From positions 2,304,001 through 2,368,000 of the forward strand of contig OZ241329.1 in NCBI GenBank assembly GCA_965199825.1: 64,000 bases of DNA, in the 5' to 3' direction. Below the pieces are notes generated by a model that was given only the letters and a program-made list of their open reading frames with translations, searched no databases and was not told the origin of the DNA. Positions 56,607 to 64,000 of the stretch are shown here, in pieces. This stretch comes from Bdellovibrionales bacterium (GTDB lineage: Bacteria > Bdellovibrionota > Bdellovibrionia > Bdellovibrionales > UBA1609). A program made the translations under genes and the position numbers. Numbering within the stretch: the stretch's first letter is position 1; every line of letters starts with the position of its first letter.

Positions 56607-57815
56607 ATGAGCGAACAGCCATTGGTCAAAGAGCTAAAAAAATCTTCTCTCTATGGCGATGCCGAGGCCGTTGCGACAAAGCTGATTGAAAGCGGTTTTA
56701 AAGCCCTTCTTGCGGGAGGGGCGGTTCGAGATGCGCTGCTCGGTCGACCGATTAAAGATATGGATCTTGCGACCTCCGCATTGCCTCATGAAGTCGAGGC
56801 CCTTTTTCCAGATTCGATCGCGATCGGAAAAGCTTTTGGTGTGATTGGGGTTAAAATAAATTCTGAAATTTTTGAGGTGGCAACCTTTCGGCAAGACGGC
56901 GATTATCAAGATGGACGAAGGCCCCAATCGATCGAATTCTCATCCATCATCGAAGATTCAAAACGCCGCGATTTTACCATCAATGCGCTGTACTTTGATT
57001 TTGAAACAAAAAAAGTTGTCGATCTTCAAAATGGGCAAGCCGATCTTAAAAACAAAATGATTCGCACAGTGGGGGATCCCAAAAAGCGGTTTAATGAAGA
57101 TCATCTGCGCATCTTAAGAGCTTTGAGATTTCAAAGTGTGCTTGGATTTGAAATCGAGCCCCAAACTTTACGCGCAATTTATGAGCAGTCGTCGCTCCTG
57201 GAAAATATCGCTCGTGAGCGCATCACGGTGGAGTTTGAAAAATTGCTGATGGGTCAAAATTTTTTATTGGCTCTCAAAGTCTCTAAAGATTCTGGCGTGT
57301 TTGAAACTCTCACCCAATTTACACTGACCGAAAAAACGATTCACCGGTTGGCAATGAGTTCAGAAGATTTAATTTCTCGCTTAAGTGTTCTTTTGTTCGA
57401 TCAAGATCCAAAACTTTTCTTTAAACGGTTTCGTTTTTCAAACCAGATCGCTTCGAGTGTTATGCGGGTTTTGTCACTCTCACAAACACTACAAAAAGAT
57501 CGATTAGGTCAAAAACTCAAGGCGCTCGGAGATCCATGGGGTCTCCATGCACTCAGCCTTTTACAATCGGTGAGGTGGAGCGAGAATCAACACAGTGATG
57601 ATTTAGATCGACTTGTCAAAACGCTCGTTCAATGGGGAGGCAGTTTGCCCAAACCTCTATTGAGATCTGAGGACCTGATCAAACTTGAAATGAAGACGGA
57701 TCAGAATTTTGGAAAAATTTTGAACACTTGTTTTATCGCCCAACTCGAAGGCCAAATAAAAACCCAACAGGAGGCGATTAACTTTGCGGTCGAGTGGGAT
57801 CCGAAATCTTCTTAG
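56607..57815 (+). CDS. cca: CCA tRNA nucleotidyltransferase / poly(A) polymerase family
   Basis: GGAVRD..DMDLAT, EVATFR, RRDFTINAL, EDHLRILRALRF, ERI. Confidence 0.88.
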   Translation: MSEQPLVKELKKSSLYGDAEAVATKLIESGFKALLAGGAVRDALLGRPIKDMDLATSALPHEVEALFPDSIAIGKAFGVIGVKINSEIFEVATFRQDGDYQDGRRPQSIEFSSIIEDSKRRDFTINALYFDFETKKVVDLQNGQADLKNKMIRTVGDPKKRFNEDHLRILRALRFQSVLGFEIEPQTLRAIYEQSSLLENIARERITVEFEKLLMGQNFLLALKVSKDSGVFETLTQFTLTEKTIHRLAMSSEDLISRLSVLLFDQDPKLFFKRFRFSNQIASSVMRVLSLSQTLQKDRLGQKLKALGDPWGLHALSLLQSVRWSENQHSDDLDRLVKTLVQWGGSLPKPLLRSEDLIKLEMKTDQNFGKILNTCFIAQLEGQIKTQQEAINFAVEWDPKSS

Positions 57816-57996
57816 CGCGCTCTTTGGCCTTCATGCCGGTATGGTTTTTCCAATTGTATTCGGGATCAAGTTGATAGCGATTTTGCCAAGCATCCCATTT
57901 TTCTTTTGGCAATTTGTGGCGCACACTCCCATCCTCAGCAAAAATATCGGGCTCTTTACCAAATAAAAATCCTATGATCCGCTTTGAAATTCCCAC
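57778..57996 (-). CDS. Small hypothetical protein
   Basis: AAAGGA then GTG start (VGISKRIIGFLFGKEPDIF...WKNH). Confidence 0.55.
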   Translation of the reverse strand: MGISKRIIGFLFGKEPDIFAEDGSVRHKLPKEKWDAWQNRYQLDPEYNWKNHTGMKAKERAKKISDPTRPQS

Positions 57997-58052
57997 CTGT
58001 TGTCCTTTCGAAAAGAACAGTCTACAACGAACCTCCCATAGGAGAGCAAGGC

Positions 58053-58739
58053 ATGTCGCGCGAGACCGCATTTTCGGCTCAAAGTTTTGAGAGTCTCAAT
58101 AACTATATTCTAAAAACCTTTAAGCCCGAAACTGAGGCGCTCAAAGGGGCTCGCGAGCACTCGGATCAGATGGGTTTGCCGCCAATTCAGGTTTCGGCGC
58201 TCGATGGCCGGCTGTTGCAATTTTTCGTTCTCCTTTTGAAACCAGAATGTGTGGTTGAAATTGGAACTCTCGGTGGCTATTCGGCTTTGTGTATGGCCCA
58301 AGCCCTTCAGCATGGAGCACGCCTTTATACTTTCGAAAAAAATCCTAACCACATTAAAACCTCTCAACACAATTTTAAAAATTCGGAATTTGCTGCGCAA
58401 ATCACATTGATTGAAGGAGATGCGTTACATAATTTAAACCTGCAAAAGTTGACCCCACAAATTGTGTTTATAGATGCCGAAAAATCAAAATACCTCGACT
58501 ACTATGAATGGGCGGTTCAAAATCTTTCGCCCGGAGGATTAATTATTGCGGATAACACTCTCGCGTTTAACTCGGTTCATCTTCCGCTTGATCCAACTCA
58601 TCCCCGAGCCAAATCGATTGCGGCTCTAAAAGCCTACAATGAGCAAGCGGGGAGTGATAAAAGAGTGTTTTCGATTCTTATACCCACTGCCGAAGGGATG
58701 ACCCTTTCGATCAAGAAAGATTGTGATGACGCTCATTGA
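58053..58739 (+). CDS. SAM-dependent O-methyltransferase (caffeoyl-CoA/COMT-like)
   Basis: VEIGTLGGYS, GDA, FIDAEK..Y, GGLIIADN; GGAG RBS. Confidence 0.9.
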   Translation: MSRETAFSAQSFESLNNYILKTFKPETEALKGAREHSDQMGLPPIQVSALDGRLLQFFVLLLKPECVVEIGTLGGYSALCMAQALQHGARLYTFEKNPNHIKTSQHNFKNSEFAAQITLIEGDALHNLNLQKLTPQIVFIDAEKSKYLDYYEWAVQNLSPGGLIIADNTLAFNSVHLPLDPTHPRAKSIAALKAYNEQAGSDKRVFSILIPTAEGMTLSIKKDCDDAH

Positions 58740-59145
58740 ACGCGAAAAAATTTTGATCGACGAATTTCAAGCCCTAAAGACTTGGGAAGAGCGTTATAAA
58801 AAGATTATCGAATGGGGCAAAAATTTAGATCCTTTGCCCGAAGAATTTCGGATTGAAGATCTCAAGGTTCGAGGCTGTCAAAGTCAGGTGTGGCTCAAGG
58901 CCTCAAAAGACCAAAACCAAGAAATCGAATTTAAAGCCGATAGTGATGCTTTAATTGTGAAGGGACTTATCGCCATGCTGATTAAAATTTTTACGAAAAG
59001 TACCGCCCAAGAAATTTTAGAATTTCAGCCTTCATTTTTTAATCAACTTGAACTCAAAGAGCACTTGTCGCCCTCACGCTCAAATGGACTGGTCAGCATT
59101 TATAAACAAATTAAATACTATGCAGCAGCTTTTAGCGCGATCTAA
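58723..59145 (+). CDS. sufE: Cysteine desulfuration protein SufE
   Basis: VRGCQSQVW, ADSDALIVKGL, LSPSRSNGL. Confidence 0.93.
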   Translation: MMTLIEREKILIDEFQALKTWEERYKKIIEWGKNLDPLPEEFRIEDLKVRGCQSQVWLKASKDQNQEIEFKADSDALIVKGLIAMLIKIFTKSTAQEILEFQPSFFNQLELKEHLSPSRSNGLVSIYKQIKYYAAAFSAI

Positions 59146-59846
59146 ATCAGCGTGGCAAAAACTTTGTGAGTGTCTTCGTTATCTTCAAGGGCCTCTAAGA
59201 GTTCAACCACTTCGGCGCGCTGAGCTTCAGAAATTTCGCTGATATTCTTTGGTCGATAGGACAGCTCAGCCGCATTGACTTCAAATCCATGACCCGAAAG
59301 ATAACTTCGCACCTGATCAAGATCTTCGGGTGCGGCAAAAAAATCAAATTGTCCGTCTTCAATTTGACTCACGTCTTGGGCCCCGGCCTCGATCGCAACT
59401 TCTTCGGGATCGGCCACGTCCGATTTTTTGGCACTCACCAAACTCACTCGTTCAAACATCCAATTGACCGCACCTGATTCACCAAGTGCGCCGCCGTGAG
59501 ATTTAAATATCGAGCGAATTTCGGAAGCTGTGCGATTTCGATTGTTGGTCTGACACTCAACCACCACGCCCACACCATGGGGTCCGAACCCTTCGTAGGT
59601 GAGCTCCTCAATCATGTCGCCCTCATCCAATTGACCAGAGCCTTTTTTGATTGAGCGCTCGATCGTATCCTTTGGACAAGAAACTTCTTTTGCAGCCGCA
59701 ATTGCCATTTTGAGTCGTGCATTGGATTCGGGATCAGCTCCACCGAGTCGTGCAGCGACCGCAATCTCGCGCGCCACCTTTGTGAAGAGAGCCCCTTTTT
59801 TTGCCGCCATCGCGGCCTTGATCGGATTTTTCCAGCCTTTTCCCAT
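59142..59846 (-). CDS. yebC: YebC/PmpR family protein
   Basis: GGADPESNARL, PKDTIERSIKK, YEGFGPHG, TNNRNRT, GAVNWMF. Confidence 0.93.
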   Translation of the reverse strand: MGKGWKNPIKAAMAAKKGALFTKVAREIAVAARLGGADPESNARLKMAIAAAKEVSCPKDTIERSIKKGSGQLDEGDMIEELTYEGFGPHGVGVVVECQTNNRNRTASEIRSIFKSHGGALGESGAVNWMFERVSLVSAKKSDVADPEEVAIEAGAQDVSQIEDGQFDFFAAPEDLDQVRSYLSGHGFEVNAAELSYRPKNISEISEAQRAEVVELLEALEDNEDTHKVFATLI

Positions 59847-59884
59847 TCGAAGAAGGGTGCCGAAAAATTTTAAAAAAAGCAAGT

Positions 59885-60622
59885 TTAGAAGGTTTCAGAA
59901 TTTTTTAAAAATCTCCAGTGACCTTCGGGAAGATCACGCAAAAACACTTTGCCAATACGCACTCGCAAAAGCGATTGCACATCGAGATCAACAAGATCCA
60001 ACATACGTCGAATTTGACGTTTGCGCCCTTCGCGCAAAATAAATTTGAGCCGGCCATTTTCTAACACATCGACTTTGGCGGGCAGCAGAGGTTGACCATC
60101 TAATTTTAATCCAAATCGAAGATCTTTGAGTTTGGTTTCGGTTAATGTTCCAGAGATTTTGACCCAATATTCTTTTTCCATGCGGCTCTCGGGTCCAATG
60201 ATTTTTTTAACCAAAGCTCCATCTTGCGACAAAACCAAAAGTCCGCGTGAGTCGATATCAAGGCGTCCCGCTGGAGCAAGGCCAAAGCGGTCAGCGATTT
60301 GAAATTGGCGTTGATCCACCACCACCTGATTTCGTGCCGAAATCAGATCCAAGGCGGAACGATAATCTTTTTCGGGTTGAGAAGAAACAATGCCCACAGG
60401 TTTATTAAAGAGGATGGTCACCTTCGAATCGAGCTCGTGTTGTCCTTCAGCGAATAACTCAATCTTACTTAACGGATGAATCTTTGTACCTAAAACCGAG
60501 ATCACCTCGCCGTTGACCATCACCTGACCCCGCGCAATGAGGCTGTCGGCTTCACGTCTCGAACACAGACCGCGATCGGCCATTACTTTGGACAAACGAA
60601 CATGGGATTCACTCATAAGCAT
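59885..60622 (-). CDS. Pseudouridine synthase (RsuA/RluB/RluF family)
   Basis: S4 domain (CSRREAD), NKPVG, GRLDIDSRGL, EKEY, EGRKRQIRRM. Confidence 0.92.
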   Translation of the reverse strand: MLMSESHVRLSKVMADRGLCSRREADSLIARGQVMVNGEVISVLGTKIHPLSKIELFAEGQHELDSKVTILFNKPVGIVSSQPEKDYRSALDLISARNQVVVDQRQFQIADRFGLAPAGRLDIDSRGLLVLSQDGALVKKIIGPESRMEKEYWVKISGTLTETKLKDLRFGLKLDGQPLLPAKVDVLENGRLKFILREGRKRQIRRMLDLVDLDVQSLLRVRIGKVFLRDLPEGHWRFLKNSETF

Positions 60623-60980
60623 AAAATCTATTCTTTTTGGTTTCTTGAATTGAGAGGTCGATCAAGTTTTGGTCTTCATACAATCGCACGCGCTTGAATT
60701 TTGGAAAGGGCAGTTCCTCGCCAAGTTTTGTAAATAAATAAACGCTGAGATTTTGGGTTGTGCAGTCTTGGTTTTTAAAATCTTGAATTTTTTGATCGAG
60801 ATGGCGATGGTGCAAGGGGGCAATAAACTTTTTTAATGCCACATCAATGACCGAAAGATCAATGATCATTCCCGAATGCGGATCGATTTGACCTTCAAAC
60901 GAAGAATCAAAAGTATAGCTATGACCACCCTGATTGTGCGCACAATTAAAATGCTGGCGCCGAGAAAGTTGAACTTTCAT
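60609..60980 (-). CDS. 6-carboxytetrahydropterin synthase (QueD/PTPS)-like protein
   Basis: HFNCAH..GHSY, GMIIDL, HHRHL, TTQNL, RVRLYE. Confidence 0.75.
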   Translation of the reverse strand: MKVQLSRRQHFNCAHNQGGHSYTFDSSFEGQIDPHSGMIIDLSVIDVALKKFIAPLHHRHLDQKIQDFKNQDCTTQNLSVYLFTKLGEELPFPKFKRVRLYEDQNLIDLSIQETKKNRFYAYE

Positions 60981-61013
60981 AAGCGCTCGTCATAGCCGAA
61001 TTTAAAGGATTGA

Positions 61014-61220
61014 TTAAGCGATCTTTTTTGTCTTGCGTAAAAACGACTGATATTTTTTATCAAAATCGCGTGGGCGCTCGCCCTTTTTGCTCACAAGACC
61101 TTCTTTGAACCAAGCAAAGTGTTCACCACAAAAACCTGCTCGCTCACCTGCTTTTGCACAACTGTCCACTGGACATTTTACTGCAAGCTCAGACAATCCA
61201 CCTTTTTTATCATTAGCCAT
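61014..61220 (-). CDS. Small basic C3H zinc-finger protein
   Basis: AAGGAGG RBS; C-x4-C-x9-C-x2-H. Confidence 0.7.
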   Translation of the reverse strand: MANDKKGGLSELAVKCPVDSCAKAGERAGFCGEHFAWFKEGLVSKKGERPRDFDKKYQSFLRKTKKIA

Positions 61221-61263
61221 AAAGCCCTCCTTGGTTCCTTTTCGGAAGGTGGAGGGCAAAAAC

Positions 61264-62742
61264 TTACCTCGACCGAAGGTCAGTCAAATCGAGTTGGTTG
61301 AGTTCGTTGATGGTGAAGCCGGTAAAATTTGGCCGGGCCAAATAAGAAAAAGAGACCACTCCCATTGGAATTAGGGCATAGTCCTCAAGCAAAAGCTGAA
61401 AGGCATTGGTGCAACGCTGCCTTTTTCCAAACACAGTCTTGGGCTGCGATTGGACCAAGGAATCATAAGGTTGGTTTTCAAAATGGATCAAATTCTCAGG
61501 ATTCTCTTTTTGAAACACTTCGAGGCCTGCAAGGCAGGTGGGTCGATCAAGAGCCACACCGCGACGAAAAATTTCGGCCTTTCCTGATTTGATGGTTTGG
61601 GTGACCACAACTTGTTCTTGAGCCACCAGCGAAATATCAAGATTGAGATTTTTTTTCCATTGATCTTGCACCCATTCAAAAACGATTTGATGACTCTCAC
61701 CACCCATCTTGGAAAAATAAATGGTCCATTTTTGTTTCAATAATTTTGGATCCACCTGCTTTAATGCTTTTTTAGCTTCAACAAGATTAAATTTATAACA
61801 AGGGTAGGTTGCAAAATAATTTGATGAGAGCGAAGGACATCCAGGTTGTCCTTGAGTGTGCATCAGCTCGCGGGCTTGATCGTAATCAAGTGCAAGACTT
61901 AAAGCTTTTCGTAAATAAAAATGATTTTTAAGTTGGGGTCCAAATCCAATGTAATCAAATCGGGCAGTGGGTTGTTCAAAAAAATCTTTGCGGTTTTTTA
62001 ATACCGAAATATCTTGCAGGCTCACACGTCTTAAAAAATTAATTTTCCCGCTCTCGTAAAGTCTGAGAGCGGTTTGATCATCATCGATAAAAAAAATATC
62101 AACTTTAGGAGGTGTTGTTTTTCTAGGATAATACTTATTTGGAATCAGCCGAATTTTTTTTCCTTTTTCCCAGGTTTCAATTTTGTAGGGCCCACTCACA
62201 ATCAGTTCCGATACTTGATCGCGACCCAAAACCTTGGTTGAAAAAGTGGGTGAAAGGGCCGGGTGAGTCAGCTTAAACAAAAAATCAGGATCCGGCTGAT
62301 CAAATTCAAACACCAAAGTTTTTTGATCTTTGGCAACGACTCCTAAATCCTCTTTTGGTTTTGTGCCGTTGAGAATGGCCCTAGAATTCTTAAGGTGAAG
62401 CAAAAGATCTCTCGTTTGGCTTTTGATTTGAGGATCAAAGAGGCGACGAAACGTGGTGACATAATTTTCGGCGGTGATTTTTTGTCCATTGGACCATTTG
62501 CGTTTGGGGTCAAGATCGCAATAAAGTTTTTGATTTTTCATCACGCAATCTTTTGCACCTTCTGGAATCAAGGTGTTGTTGGAATATCGATACAGACCAC
62601 GAAAGATATTTGAAAAGAGATAAGAACCTGCCGGCCCACCGACGGTGGCCGAATCAAGGCTATAAGGTTCTCCAAAAAGATGAAACGAGAACACGTTTTC
62701 CTGAGCAAAACATCTCATAATAAGACACAAAATTAAGACCAA
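61264..62742 (-). CDS. Oligopeptide ABC transporter substrate-binding protein (OppA-like)
   Basis: EPYSLD, WSNGQKITA, SGPY, NKYY, LRKALSLALD, QWKKNL. Confidence 0.88.
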   Translation of the reverse strand: MVLILCLIMRCFAQENVFSFHLFGEPYSLDSATVGGPAGSYLFSNIFRGLYRYSNNTLIPEGAKDCVMKNQKLYCDLDPKRKWSNGQKITAENYVTTFRRLFDPQIKSQTRDLLLHLKNSRAILNGTKPKEDLGVVAKDQKTLVFEFDQPDPDFLFKLTHPALSPTFSTKVLGRDQVSELIVSGPYKIETWEKGKKIRLIPNKYYPRKTTPPKVDIFFIDDDQTALRLYESGKINFLRRVSLQDISVLKNRKDFFEQPTARFDYIGFGPQLKNHFYLRKALSLALDYDQARELMHTQGQPGCPSLSSNYFATYPCYKFNLVEAKKALKQVDPKLLKQKWTIYFSKMGGESHQIVFEWVQDQWKKNLNLDISLVAQEQVVVTQTIKSGKAEIFRRGVALDRPTCLAGLEVFQKENPENLIHFENQPYDSLVQSQPKTVFGKRQRCTNAFQLLLEDYALIPMGVVSFSYLARPNFTGFTINELNQLDLTDLRSR

Positions 62743-62750
62743 GACTCGAA

Positions 62751-62781
62751 CCTCAACTTTTGGACCAAATACGACGATAAG
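62751..62781 (+). promoter_or_regulatory. Putative sigma-28 (FliA)-type promoter
   Basis: CCTCAACTTT-N13-ACGATAAG. Confidence 0.6.
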
Positions 62782-62799
62782 AAATGAGACGGAGTAATC

Positions 62800-63432
62800 G
62801 TGTTTGTAAATCGTCAGTTAATTTATTTATTCGGTGCGATCTTCTTGATCACAATTCCGTTTACCAATTGCGACACGTCCAATTCGGGTAATGGTCTTTT
62901 TAATACTCTCACCTCAGTCTGTCAGCCGGATTCCTCAGGTTACAATCCCTGCGTTCTTCAAGATCCAAGCACCATTCAGCTTCAGGTCAATTCTGGCAGT
63001 TTAATTCAATTGCCTTATACAACAACCACTGCTGGCGGCTTTACCTTTGATGTTGGTGGAGATTGCAATGAGGGCGGATATATTGCCACACCAGGGTCTG
63101 CCACTGATCAATCTTATAATGAAATTCATTATTCTTTTTTAACACCACAGGGAGGCGTTATTTCGCAATCTGATGGTGCGAGCGTTAACACGGGTTGCAG
63201 CGGCGTGGACACAAATGGATGGCTTTCCGGAGGACCAGGAAATCACAAAAGTGCCTGCATCAATGGTCGCTTTACAGTTCAAGTTTTTAGCTGCGTTCAG
63301 ATGTTCACAGGATACGATTACTCACTTATGATATCTTTAACTGTACACGGACCGGATGGCACACTGATTACTGACACCAACAGCGTTGCCTCTACCCGAA
63401 CAGTTACCGTGCGCGCGGCGAGTCTCCAATAA
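62800..63432 (+). CDS. Hypothetical Cys-rich lipoprotein
   Basis: PFTNC signal; VGGDCNEGGY and CINGRF motifs. Confidence 0.7.
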   Translation: MFVNRQLIYLFGAIFLITIPFTNCDTSNSGNGLFNTLTSVCQPDSSGYNPCVLQDPSTIQLQVNSGSLIQLPYTTTTAGGFTFDVGGDCNEGGYIATPGSATDQSYNEIHYSFLTPQGGVISQSDGASVNTGCSGVDTNGWLSGGPGNHKSACINGRFTVQVFSCVQMFTGYDYSLMISLTVHGPDGTLITDTNSVASTRTVTVRAASLQ

Positions 63433-64000
63433 ATTCAATTTTCAAATGATTGAGCGGATAATTTCTTAAAGCCGAAGCTTTATCTTCGGCCGGCAAAGCG
63501 CTATTTTCAAAATTCAAAAATGGTGTTTTCATTTTAGAATGTTGATTTATCAATGACGGGCCTTGAGTGGTCATGAATTCTAAAAAATGCTCGGCTGAAG
63601 CTTGCTCCAAAGAATTTTTCTTTATCATCAAAAAAACAATATGCAGCTTTTGTTGGGTTGATGGATCACGGATCGACCAAGCAAGAGGGAGGGCCTTAGT
63701 TACTTGGGGAAAGCGAAAATTGACATCGACCAACTCGTTCACATCTAAATTTATAAACAAATCAGAATCTAGGTCCAATGGGTGATCGGTGAGTAACAGA
63801 TCAAAGTCCTTGGCCAACAATTGATTGAGCTCATCTTTGGTAGCATAAGGTTTGACCAAAAGCCGAATACCGCTAATTTTTTTAAATTGCCTCAAGGTTT
63901 CGGGAAAGCATTCGTCTGTCTTACAAATCAGGGTGAGCTTGGGCTTGAGCATTTTAGAAAAAAGCTCGCGGGAACCAAAAAGGATGCCGAGACAAAACGA
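63404..64000 (-). CDS. Hypothetical solute-binding-protein-like CDS, 5' end outside the window
   Basis: Frame stays open to the window end (SFCLGILFG..); FKKISGI.L.V..Y...EL resembles the PotD-type N-terminus. Confidence 0.5.
   Translation of the reverse strand, partial: SFCLGILFGSRELFSKMLKPKLTLICKTDECFPETLRQFKKISGIRLLVKPYATKDELNQLLAKDFDLLLTDHPLDLDSDLFINLDVNELVDVNFRFPQVTKALPLAWSIRDPSTQQKLHIVFLMIKKNSLEQASAEHFLEFMTTQGPSLINQHSKMKTPFLNFENSALPAEDKASALRNYPLNHLKIEFIGDSPRAR

Noticed and set aside
430..63785. Numerous 60-160 aa alternative-frame or antisense ORFs in the track (e.g. 9283-9756, 15326-15679, 50336-50767, 59647-60042)
   Set aside because: Nested in well-supported genes, with no motifs or translation signals

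Overview
Very gene-dense bacterial chromosome segment. It most likely comes from a Bdellovibrionota (Bdellovibrio-like) organism; this is inferred from the N-x-C lipoprotein signals, FliA-type promoters, the lexA-imuA-imuB-dnaE2 cassette and the unusual IS1-like transposases. Housekeeping content includes waaA, a GT9 heptosyltransferase, dctA, lysC/lysA/dapD/mpaA, murI, hisS, sodB, queG, cca, sufE, yebC, oppA, tRNA-Ala(GGC), tRNA-Leu(TAA) and a phosphorelay cluster. Four things stand out. (1) Two adjacent signal-peptide proteins (40918-42346) each appear to be built from four tandem Phd/YefM antitoxin-like domains, making them candidate exported TA-antitoxin mimics. (2) Two diverged IS1-like elements have CTGGCCCC terminal inverted repeats and each carries a conserved sigma-54 promoter in front of the transposase; one sits back-to-back with the SOS mutagenesis cassette. 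(3) A pair of ~1500-aa paralogous Cys-rich lipoproteins is present, the first coupled to an outer-membrane beta-barrel. (4) A 290-bp intergenic region is packed with palindromes. No CRISPR array, rRNA or prophage was seen. All family calls are by motif recognition; no database searches were run.
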